A DNA stretch of 52,845 nucleotides from a virus: IMG/VR virus record IMGVR_UViG_3300034251_000012, positions 1 to 52,845 of that record, one strand, 5' to 3'. Of the stretch, positions 25,941 to 33,698 are shown in pieces. The translations under genes and the position numbers were made by a program. The number at the start of each line of letters is the position of its first letter. The first letter of the stretch is position 1. The notes under the pieces are model-generated. The model had not been told where the DNA came from. It searched no databases and was given only the letters and a program-made list of their open reading frames with translations.

Positions 25941-26438
25941 TCACACTCCTGATTGCAAAGAACTTTCAAGCTGCTTCCGAGTCCGAGGAGCCTCCGAACG
26001 ATTCGGCATAACAGTTGCCCCCCCCCCCCGCATCTCTTTCATTCGCTCCCGGATGAATGGCATCAGCCGATCAACGTATGCGCTTTCAAAGTGTCCTGCG
26101 AGGGCGCGCTCCAACGCCCTGATCGTGTCCTTTCGCTTGATGCGCGTGTCGTTGTCGTTGAGCCGGTTGCGGCGGCGGCTCGACTGATACTCGGCACATA
26201 GCTCCCTGTACCAGTCGGCGTTGTACTCGGCCGCGACGCGGATGCAGTGGCCGGAGTGGCGCGGCTCGGGAGCGGGTATCAGCACCACGTCGAGCCGCGC
26301 GCCTTCGAGTTCGGCGAGCAGGCTGTGAACCGCTTCTCGGAAAAGTTCGCTCGCATCCATCGCTCTCGCAGGCGACTCAAAACGGCTTTGAGTGGGAATC
26401 AAGATTGTCAAATGAAGACGGCGCATCCGCCTTACCAC
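25941..26438 (-). CDS. Hypothetical protein containing a G12 homopolymer in its coding sequence
   Basis: A 165-aa ORF. Positions 26018-26029 are 12 consecutive C on the plus strand and encode RGGG. Confidence 0.5.
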   Translation of the reverse strand: MVRRMRRLHLTILIPTQSRFESPARAMDASELFREAVHSLLAELEGARLDVVLIPAPEPRHSGHCIRVAAEYNADWYRELCAEYQSSRRRNRLNDNDTRIKRKDTIRALERALAGHFESAYVDRLMPFIRERMKEMRGGGATVMPNRSEAPRTRKQLESSLQSGV

Positions 26439-26567
26439 GTTCGAGCGCCAGGAGAAGCGCCCAATGCGCCGTCTTCAGTGCCGGTCGATCCCCCGAAAGA
26501 ACCGGCACACCTTAAAACGTTCTCGCATGAATATATGCGAGATTGTTATAGTCCGAAGCAAAAAAAA

Positions 26568-26795
26568 TCACGCCGCGGCTTCCTCGACCGGGTTGGAGAC
26601 TTCCAGCCACGTCACGCCGTAGGCGGCCAGCAGCACGGGTATCTTCTCCGTCGGCGGCCGGAAGAGGCCGCGCTCGATGCCGGAGATCGCGGCCTGCGAA
26701 TAGACACCTTTAGTGCGGCGCGCCACCTCGGCCTGCGGCATCCAGCCTCTTTTCTCTCGTAGTTTTGCAGGGTCAATAACTCGGAGGTCGTCCAT
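26568..26795 (-). CDS. Cro-like XRE-family HTH regulator (first gene of the leftward early operon)
   Basis: The HTH is MPQAEVARRTKGVYSQAAISGIERG. The gene is divergent from the CI-like gene across a 160-bp operator region. Confidence 0.7.
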   Translation of the reverse strand: MDDLRVIDPAKLREKRGWMPQAEVARRTKGVYSQAAISGIERGLFRPPTEKIPVLLAAYGVTWLEVSNPVEEAAA

Positions 26796-26801
26796 GTCCT
26801 A

Positions 26802-26831
26802 CCTATAACACAGCCTGTTTTAACGTGTCAA
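26802..26831 (-). promoter_or_regulatory. Leftward early promoter candidate with an embedded operator
   Basis: On the minus strand it reads TTGACA-N18-TATAGG. The operator TAACACAGCCTGTTTTA (26806-26822) lies in the spacer. The -10 box ends 6 nt before the cro-like ATG. Confidence 0.5.
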
Positions 26832-26884
26832 CACATTATTTTAACGCCGTGCCGCCCGCTCTCTCGCAGTTCTAAAACAATTCG

Positions 26885-26914
26885 TTGCGCTTTCTAAACA
26901 GTCTGTGTTAAGGT
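26885..26914 (+). promoter_or_regulatory. Rightward (repressor) promoter candidate with an embedded operator
   Basis: It reads TTGCGC-N18-TAAGGT, a weak match. The operator TAAACAGTCTGTGTTA (26895-26910) is the inverted copy of the leftward operator. Confidence 0.35.
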
Positions 26915-26955
26915 GCGCGCGTTAGTTCAACCACGGTATTTCTCCCGAGAGGCAA

Positions 26956-27492
26956 ATGGTAAATCAGATGGGGGCCGACATGGTCGTTACATTCGGCGAC
27001 TGGATCAAGGCCAAACGAGAAGCTAGGGGCATGTCACAAACCGAGTTGGCTCGGTTGTCTGAACCTTGCTCACAAGGTTACATCTCCAATCTGGAGCGCA
27101 ATTCTTACGAGCGCCGAGACGAGATGAGCAACCAGCCGAACAAAGACCTGGTGATCAGGATCGCGCAAGCACTCCAGTCTTCCGAGACGGAAGCCCTGGA
27201 GGCCGCAGGCTACATCGTGCATCACCCCGAGCTTAACGCGAACCAACTGCGAGCTGCTGACTTGATAATCTTGCTCCCGAAGGACAGGCAGGAAGAGCTG
27301 ATCCGCGAGATGGAGTTGAAGGTGCAGATGTACGGTCACGGCGGCGGTGGCAGCGGTGCCCCGTCCGTCAAGCCAGGTGATGAACTCTGGCGACAGCCCA
27401 TCGGCACGACAGCTCAGAAACACCGGAAGGGCAAAAAGGCGGGCAAGAACACAGTGAGGAGGCCGCAGTCGTCAGATCGCCGAACGGCATAG
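26956..27492 (+). CDS. CI-like XRE-family repressor lacking an S24 autocleavage domain
   Basis: The HTH is MSQTELARLSEPCSQGYISNLERN. The C-terminal half is Gly-rich and basic with no Ser-Lys peptidase-like region. Confidence 0.7.
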   Translation: MVNQMGADMVVTFGDWIKAKREARGMSQTELARLSEPCSQGYISNLERNSYERRDEMSNQPNKDLVIRIAQALQSSETEALEAAGYIVHHPELNANQLRAADLIILLPKDRQEELIREMELKVQMYGHGGGGSGAPSVKPGDELWRQPIGTTAQKHRKGKKAGKNTVRRPQSSDRRTA

Positions 27493-27546
27493 GCACGCCC
27501 GGCCCGCCGCGGGGCAGGCTAAAAACGTGCTTGATATGTGTCTAAC

Positions 27547-27777
27547 TTACGGCAATATGAAGATGAGCAGAGTGGTCAGCTCATCGATCAGTATTTCGCC
27601 GAGGGGTGTGTCTTGTGCCTCGTCAGAGGTGCTAACCGAGGGTGAGGCCGGAGGCGGGGGAGGGGGCATCCGGTCGCCGCCAGTGACAATGATGCCCTCG
27701 GCCATGACGAGGGATGACAGAATACAGGTCATTACGAAGGCACAGATAGTGTGCCTCACCAAATTTGAAAATCTCAT
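27547..27777 (-). CDS. Small secreted pro-peptide candidate (76 aa)
   Basis: The N-terminus MRFSNLVRHTICAFVMTCILSSLVMA-EG looks like a Sec signal peptide. It is followed by a poly-Pro linker and a hydrophobic C-terminus LTTLLIFILP. The start is set at the internal ATG at 27777, with GGAAAGG upstream. Confidence 0.45.
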   Translation of the reverse strand: MRFSNLVRHTICAFVMTCILSSLVMAEGIIVTGGDRMPPPPPPASPSVSTSDEAQDTPLGEILIDELTTLLIFILP

Positions 27778-27896
27778 TTTCTTGTGAGCCTTTCCTGAGT
27801 GAAGGCCGGCTTCGACTGCGAATCGACGCCGACGTAAATACACAAACCCAATCCGAAGTGTATCATAGGGTTAAGGCTCTCAAGAATTATACGATC

Positions 27897-29291
27897 ATGC
27901 ATCTCACGGTTTATTCTCACAAATCGTACCTTCCCTCCATCCCCGATGAGAAGGCCGAACACGCGCTGGCGACAGCGCGGCAATTCAAGCAGCAGGGATG
28001 CTATGAAGAGGCGCGCGAGACCATCGCCGACTACTGGCAGGACATCGGCTCCCGTTACAACATAGACTCGCTCTCGGAGCCTGTGCGAGCCCGCATGTTG
28101 CTCATGATCGGAAGCCTCACATGCGCCCTCGGAACCCAGCGGCGCATGAAGGGCGCGCAACGCATTGCCCGAGAGACGTTGCGACTCTCGATTCAACTCG
28201 CGACCAAAGTCAATGACCCCGATCTCGTTGCAGCAGGCTTGTGTGAGGTCGGCTACACGTTTTACCGGGACGGTAAACTTGACTCGGCAAGAGTGATACT
28301 ACGCAAGGCCGAGCAGATCGAAGGTTTAGTTGAAGGTGAGACGCTCGCCTTTATCCGCTATCGACAGGCCTGCGTTGAGCACCTTTTAGGCAACCTCGAC
28401 GAGGCTTACAGTATCCTGACTCAAAATGCTCGCCTTTTCGACATACATGTCTCCGGCAATGAGAACCTAATCGGCGGCTTTCACAACCTACTCGCCATCG
28501 TACTGCTGGGCTTAAGCACTACAACTTCAGAGTCTACCTTTATAGACCGAGCTTTCATCGAATACTATGCTGCCCAGTATCATTTTCAGCGCGCTGGTCA
28601 TACTCGTTTTGAAGCTGCTGCCCTGAACAACATCGGCTTCATCCTGTTCACTCAGGGGAAGTTCGATGAGGCTCATGACTATCTCGACCGCGCCCGGACA
28701 ATTTTCATCGCGGTTGATGACGCCGCCCGTGTGGCACAGGTGGACGAAACTCGTGCGCGCGTTTACACGGCTCAGGGTGACCTCGAAAAGGCCGTGACCC
28801 TCATCAACGCTGCGGTCGCCAGCCTGAGAACCACCGAAGAAAGAATGCTCCTTCGCGAGGCTATCGAAGAGCAGGCGAAGATCATCAAACTCGCCGTCGA
28901 AAAGAGCATCAGAGTCCCGAAATTCTGTCACCTCTCAAGTGCCGATAACATGCGTAACACCGCTCAGAAGAAAGAGGAGGACGTTTTCACTCTTGAAATG
29001 GCCGACGGGGATGAATCACTCGCCGATGCAGGCATCCAGCCGGGCGACATCATTCCTTTCCTGAGCACGAGCACCGCTGATCCTGGCCGTTTCGTCGCGG
29101 CCTTTCACATGCGCAAGCAGACCTACCTCATGGGCTTCTACTATCCGGGCGTCGAGCCTCCGCCGGAATCGGGCTACGAGTTCGACGATGAAGTAACCAT
29201 GTTCCGCTACGCCAACGACGAATACGATCCAGACTATTTCCTGCCTCACGAAATAACAATCATCGGCATCCACCCCACGCTCCGCCATTAA
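27897..29291 (+). CDS. TPR-repeat protein fused to a LexA/S24-like C-terminal domain
   Basis: TPR-like repeats are present (e.g. AALNNIGFILFTQGKFDEAHDYLDRARTIF). The C-terminus EMADGDESLADAGIQPGDIIPF...GRFVAAFHMRKQTYL aligns by eye with LexA GDSM...GD...K. The start is set at the ATG at 27897 to avoid overlap with the divergent peptide gene. Confidence 0.65.
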   Translation: MHLTVYSHKSYLPSIPDEKAEHALATARQFKQQGCYEEARETIADYWQDIGSRYNIDSLSEPVRARMLLMIGSLTCALGTQRRMKGAQRIARETLRLSIQLATKVNDPDLVAAGLCEVGYTFYRDGKLDSARVILRKAEQIEGLVEGETLAFIRYRQACVEHLLGNLDEAYSILTQNARLFDIHVSGNENLIGGFHNLLAIVLLGLSTTTSESTFIDRAFIEYYAAQYHFQRAGHTRFEAAALNNIGFILFTQGKFDEAHDYLDRARTIFIAVDDAARVAQVDETRARVYTAQGDLEKAVTLINAAVASLRTTEERMLLREAIEEQAKIIKLAVEKSIRVPKFCHLSSADNMRNTAQKKEEDVFTLEMADGDESLADAGIQPGDIIPFLSTSTADPGRFVAAFHMRKQTYLMGFYYPGVEPPPESGYEFDDEVTMFRYANDEYDPDYFLPHEITIIGIHPTLRH

Positions 29292-29293
29292 AC

Positions 29294-29328
29294 GGAGAAA
29301 GCGCCTCGCCCTCGGAGGCGCTTTCTCC
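29294..29328 (+). terminator. Terminator-like hairpin after the TPR-S24 gene
   Basis: ggagaaagcgcctc / gaggcgctttctcc form a 14-bp stem with a 7-nt loop. No clear T tract follows. Confidence 0.5.
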
Positions 29329-29350
29329 CGTCTGCCTTTAAAACAAACTG

Positions 29351-29380
29351 TTGACAGATTATCACAGCTTGTATTATCAT
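29351..29380 (+). promoter_or_regulatory. Near-consensus sigma70-type promoter of the rightward early operon
   Basis: TTGACA (29351-29356), N18, TATCAT (29375-29380), about 64 nt upstream of the first ORF. Confidence 0.65.
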
Positions 29381-29443
29381 AAATTCCATTAGGGCTATCG
29401 TTTTGGAAATACGACAGACTCTACCGGCAACCGTCAATGAAAC

Positions 29444-29644
29444 ATGACATTCAACCCGCCACTCAAACACATGGAGCGCGTCCGGTACTACACCGCGTCG
29501 CTCCGCGACGGTCGCCGCAGCCACAGCGACGGGCAGATCACCGGCGTCCGCCAGCGCGGCGAGCGCACCGAGATCAACATCATGGGCATTTCCTACTGGA
29601 TTAACGCCAACCGGATTGTTTATCGCTACGACTTCAACCAATAG
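29444..29644 (+). CDS. Hypothetical protein
   Basis: A 66-aa ORF, first in the operon downstream of the consensus promoter. Confidence 0.45.
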   Translation: MTFNPPLKHMERVRYYTASLRDGRRSHSDGQITGVRQRGERTEINIMGISYWINANRIVYRYDFNQ

Positions 29645-29658
29645 ATCGAAAACCATCA

Positions 29659-29883
29659 ATGCTCCTGAACGAAAACCAATATCTAAGAGTGCGAAGCGTG
29701 CCGGGCGGACTCGATTTCGATATGTGTGAGCGCACGCCGCTCGGAATAGTTCATGTTGTTAAGAAGTTCGTTCCCACGAAGAAACTACTCACAGCTCGCC
29801 GCCAAGCTGTGCAACTAGGTACCCTGCTCGACTTTATGCACCTCGAACTTGAGAACCTCAACAATGAAAAATCTTCAAGTTGA
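29659..29883 (+). CDS. Hypothetical protein
   Basis: A 74-aa ORF. Confidence 0.45.
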   Translation: MLLNENQYLRVRSVPGGLDFDMCERTPLGIVHVVKKFVPTKKLLTARRQAVQLGTLLDFMHLELENLNNEKSSS

Positions 29884-30109
29884 AGCCATTCGCATTGAGT
29901 TCCGCCGCGCCGCGGTGCGCCGCCCTGTCGCGCGTCGCTATCACGTGTCGCTCACCCAGTGGGAGATCGACCGGCGCACAGCGAAGTTCAACTCGAAACT
30001 CACCGAGCGGCGTCTCGTTTCGAGCGCCGTCCTCGGCCGTGACGATGACATACCCCGCCGAGACCTCGGTCACGGCTTGGAGGAGGTACGACGTGAGCGC
30101 ACTGCTTAA
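29864..30109 (+). CDS. Hypothetical basic protein
   Basis: An 81-aa ORF from the ATG at 29864 (MKNLQVEAIRIEF...). Confidence 0.4.
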   Translation: MKNLQVEAIRIEFRRAAVRRPVARRYHVSLTQWEIDRRTAKFNSKLTERRLVSSAVLGRDDDIPRRDLGHGLEEVRRERTA

Positions 30110-30581
30110 ACTTCCCTTCGACCCCGGCGACGACGATGCGGCCGACGAGCGCGAGTTCGAGGCGTTGACAGAAGCTCTCAACGAAGTCACAGCGAAATGC
30201 GCGGCCGGCGCTGTCGAACAAGACCGCGCCAACGCGCGCCGCGCGGAACTGATGAGCGCGGTCGGAAACCACCGCCGCCGGCGCGCGCGCACGCTGCTCG
30301 ACCGGTTCCTCCCGCCCATCACCTTCTACCAGATCGAGTTTGCCGACCCGACGCCCGAAGAGATCGTTGCCTTCGCCGACGAGAGCGTCGAGGTGGACGC
30401 CGAGATACGGCGACACCAAAAGCTCCTCGGTCTCACCGACGCCCTCGTCAATCAATTCGTGCGCCAGACGTGGAAAATATCCGCGCGCTGGCCTGACCTC
30501 AACTTCCGTTACCGGCGCCTGCTGCTCGGGGCGCTCCGCGAAAAGGCGAAGCCTTTAACATCACTCAAAGGAGCACTTTAA
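30093..30581 (+). CDS. Hypothetical acidic protein (162 aa)
   Basis: GTG start at 30093 preceded by GGAGGAGG at optimal spacing. The upstream part of the 233-aa track ORF is out-of-context Arg/Ser-rich sequence. Confidence 0.55.
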   Translation: MSALLKLPFDPGDDDAADEREFEALTEALNEVTAKCAAGAVEQDRANARRAELMSAVGNHRRRRARTLLDRFLPPITFYQIEFADPTPEEIVAFADESVEVDAEIRRHQKLLGLTDALVNQFVRQTWKISARWPDLNFRYRRLLLGALREKAKPLTSLKGAL

Positions 30582-32386
30582 TGTCCGCTGTCATTGATCC
30601 GAACATTCGCGCCCTTCATGCCCGCCTCTCGATGGACGATCTGGAGATCGTCGAGCAGCTCGGCCTTTGGGGCTGGACACTGGTCGCCGACGGCCGCGGC
30701 TACCGCTGGGAGAAAGAAAAGGGCGTCGGCGGTAGCGCAATTCTGATGGAAGACGAGCAGGTCGTCTCGATGGCGCGCGAGATGATGTCGCGCATGGATG
30801 AGCCGGCCGCGCCGGTCGAAGCGGCTCCCGGCGCGCCGACAGAAGAGCCGGCCGCTGTCCTCCCGGACGATCTCAGCGCGCTCGGCTGGGTGCTCCTCAC
30901 GAATCACGGGATGTGGTTCTGCCGTCAAGAGGAAGCCAACCTGACGACCGGCATGAAGAGCAAGGTCAAGGCCGCGTTCGACGAGGCGCGGGAGATTCAG
31001 GCGCGGCAGCCCATTACCACGCAGGAGACCTCCGAAGAGTTGCCGGAGATGCCCCAAGACCTCGCCGACGTGGGCTGGACGTTCAAGCGTGAGGGCGACG
31101 AGTTGTACGCGGAGCACGAGGAGCGTTATGTCTGCACGAGTCGCGACCAGTCAGACCCGGCCGTCGTCATCGCCGAGGCCTACAGCATGCAGGAAGACTA
31201 CGAGCGAAGCGTCGAGGAGGCGAATCGCGTGCCGGTGCGCCCCAACACAACCGCTCCTGACGAGCAGTTGCTTCCAGTTGATTCCATCCGTCTCGACGGC
31301 GACACGCAGACGCGCGCGCAGCTCGACATGCTCACCATCACCAACTACGCCGAGTTGATGCGCGGCGGCACCAGATTTCCTCCGGTCGAAGTCTTCTTCG
31401 ACGGCGAGCATTACTGGCTCGCCGACGGCTTTCACCGCGTCGCCGGGACGAAGCAGGCCGAGATCACCGAGATCAATGCCAACATCCGGCCGGGCACGCA
31501 GCGCGACGCGATTCTCTTCTCCGTCGGCGCGAACGCGCTGCACGGCCTCCCGCGCACGAACGCCGACAAGCGGCGCGCCGTCGAGAAGCTCCTGACCGAC
31601 GAGGAGTGGCGCGGTTGGACGGACGGGCGCATCGCTGACGCCGCCGGGGTCTCCCCGCCCTTCGTCAAGTCCATCCGCGACGAGTTCACTCAAAAGGGAT
31701 TAGAGTCGCCGGCCGTGCGCATCGGGAAAGACGGGCGCAAGATCGACACCTCCAACATCGGCGACCGCGAGGCGGCGACGGCCGCGGCCGAGGCGCAGCC
31801 GGAGCTGCCGGGCGCGGCCGCAGTGGAGACGGCCGCTGGTGACGCGCCGGCTGCCGTTGCCGATAATTCCCTCTCAAATGAGGAGCCGAAAAAGGCAACG
31901 AGCTTGCCCGCAGGCGTCTCGGAAGCCCCGGGCGACACTCAGGCCGCACCGGTCGCCGCCGCCCCGCCAGAGGTCACGCCTGCGCAGACCGCGGCCGTCG
32001 CAGCACCCGCTGCCGCTGGAGTCGCATGGCCGGAGCAGCACCTCATCATCACCTTCGACATCAAGGCCGGGAAGTCGTCGAAACGCGCAGTCACGATCTC
32101 AGGTCGCGCCGGAGAAGGCGTGCCCGTCTTCCTCACCGAGTTCACCCTCGCCGACCTCGAACCGATGTCTACCGCCTTCGCCTCGCTCGTCGGCCGGCTG
32201 GGCGGTGGCGTCGGCGCGCCCGCGGTTACTCCTACGGTCGAAGCCGAGGCCGAGGCCGCGCCCACCAACGCTCCCGCAAAGAAGGGCGGCGGGCGGAAAC
32301 CGGCGAAGCGTGCCACGAAGAAAGCCGCAGCCAAGAAAACGAAGAGCGGGAAAGCTAAACAGCCCGCCAAACAGGCGCGCGGGTAA
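30581..32386 (+). CDS. ParB/Srx-fold (ParB N-terminal domain) protein with triple N-terminal repeats and an Ala/Pro/Lys-rich tail
   Basis: The ParBc hallmark is present: VDSIRLDGDTQTR...HYWLADGFHRVAG...ILFSVGANALHGL. There are three ~45-aa GW-containing repeats at the N-terminus and a Lys-rich C-terminus. Confidence 0.8.
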   Translation: MSAVIDPNIRALHARLSMDDLEIVEQLGLWGWTLVADGRGYRWEKEKGVGGSAILMEDEQVVSMAREMMSRMDEPAAPVEAAPGAPTEEPAAVLPDDLSALGWVLLTNHGMWFCRQEEANLTTGMKSKVKAAFDEAREIQARQPITTQETSEELPEMPQDLADVGWTFKREGDELYAEHEERYVCTSRDQSDPAVVIAEAYSMQEDYERSVEEANRVPVRPNTTAPDEQLLPVDSIRLDGDTQTRAQLDMLTITNYAELMRGGTRFPPVEVFFDGEHYWLADGFHRVAGTKQAEITEINANIRPGTQRDAILFSVGANALHGLPRTNADKRRAVEKLLTDEEWRGWTDGRIADAAGVSPPFVKSIRDEFTQKGLESPAVRIGKDGRKIDTSNIGDREAATAAAEAQPELPGAAAVETAAGDAPAAVADNSLSNEEPKKATSLPAGVSEAPGDTQAAPVAAAPPEVTPAQTAAVAAPAAAGVAWPEQHLIITFDIKAGKSSKRAVTISGRAGEGVPVFLTEFTLADLEPMSTAFASLVGRLGGGVGAPAVTPTVEAEAEAAPTNAPAKKGGGRKPAKRATKKAAAKKTKSGKAKQPAKQARG

Positions 32387-32407
32387 GCGTCGCCGAGAAG
32401 GAGATTT

Positions 32408-32794
32408 ATGGCGTTAGTGAAAATCGACGGGGCGGAGATCGAGCTGCCCGACGACATGTGCAAAACCGACAAGGGTGTCCGCGACGCCCTCACCCCCTAT
32501 TACCCGGGCGCGGCAAACTCGGACGTGAAGCGCGAGACGAAGGGCAGCGCGACGATCATCACGGTGACAAAACGCGCGGGCAGCAAGGGCAGCTACGCGG
32601 CCGTCTTCGAGGCGCTCGAACGTGCCCCCGAAGAGATCACCCCGCTTCTCCTCTTGTCGCCGCGCGCGCGCCGCGGCGACGTGGACGCTGCGCTCTCGCG
32701 TTCACTGGAAGACGCGCGGGAGGTGGCGCGCGCACGCGCGGCGCTCGACGCCGCGCCCTCTGTGGCTGCGGCGGATGTCCCGGAAGGGTTCTGA
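32408..32794 (+). CDS. Ubiquitin-like (beta-grasp, PRTRC protein C-like) domain with a ~67-aa C-terminal extension
   Basis: The first 61 aa end in TVTKRAGSKG, resembling from memory the small PRTRC Ubl proteins that end in G-x-K-G. A strong AAGGAG RBS is present. Confidence 0.55.
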   Translation: MALVKIDGAEIELPDDMCKTDKGVRDALTPYYPGAANSDVKRETKGSATIITVTKRAGSKGSYAAVFEALERAPEEITPLLLLSPRARRGDVDAALSRSLEDAREVARARAALDAAPSVAAADVPEGF

Positions 32795-32804
32795 GATTGA
32801 AGCC

Positions 32805-33698
32805 ATGAACCTCCGCTCCGTCACACGGATCAAGTCGCAGCTCCTCGCCGCCCCCGCGTTCATCAACGTGCGGGAGGCGGCGGTGCGGCTCGTCAGCGCC
32901 CGTGACCGCTGCTCGCCCGGGGAAGCGCTGAGGCGCATCAAGATGGACGGGGATTTCACGGACGTCCTCGACCTGCTCCGTCTCGTCCTACCGGAGCCGG
33001 AGCAGGAGTGGCGACGCAAGTTCGTCACCATCTACGACCTCTCGCCCGTGCTCGGCTTCCCCATCAATGAAGATTACATGATGGACATGGCCGAAGAGTG
33101 GCGTGCGGAGGGCGCGCGGATCGGAGACATGTCAATCCCTTTGTACAGTCTGAACCCCACCGGCGAGAATTATAGCTCCGTGTCGCTCGCCTACTCGCTG
33201 GCCCTGCTCCTCGACCGCACGCCCTCGGCCGAGGAATACCGGGGATCACGCATTGACGATGAAGTGTGGGCGCGCCTCTCAGTTACATACGACCTCGAAC
33301 CGGCGGATAGACCCGAGGGTGGCGTCTCTGACGAGGCAATCGAGGCGACCTTCTCCCGGCAGCGCAACCCCCTGCGCTACATACCGCGCGCGCAGGCCGT
33401 GACCCGCTACGACACCGGGTGTGGCTTCCTCGACTTCAATGACGAGTGGGGCGATGCGGACATTGAATGGTCGCGCCAGAACGTGATCTGGCTGCGACGT
33501 GACTACAAAGACTCCCAGCGGATTCTGAAACGAATTGAGAAGCTCGACGAATGGCTGAAGCGCGATACGACGGAGCGCATCTCGCTCGCCCTCAGACTTT
33601 ATCGCAAGGCGCAAAACACAGATGTCAAGAAAAAGCAGACAGCCCGCATCCCCGTCAACACCGGAACAGGCGGCCGAGCGCTCGTTGATGTTCTTTGA
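32805..33698 (+). CDS. Cassette protein of unknown function (297 aa; occupies the position of PRTRC protein F)
   Basis: Internal ATG at 32805 (MNLRSVTRIK...). It lies between the Ubl and the E2-like gene. Confidence 0.5.
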   Translation: MNLRSVTRIKSQLLAAPAFINVREAAVRLVSARDRCSPGEALRRIKMDGDFTDVLDLLRLVLPEPEQEWRRKFVTIYDLSPVLGFPINEDYMMDMAEEWRAEGARIGDMSIPLYSLNPTGENYSSVSLAYSLALLLDRTPSAEEYRGSRIDDEVWARLSVTYDLEPADRPEGGVSDEAIEATFSRQRNPLRYIPRAQAVTRYDTGCGFLDFNDEWGDADIEWSRQNVIWLRRDYKDSQRILKRIEKLDEWLKRDTTERISLALRLYRKAQNTDVKKKQTARIPVNTGTGGRALVDVL

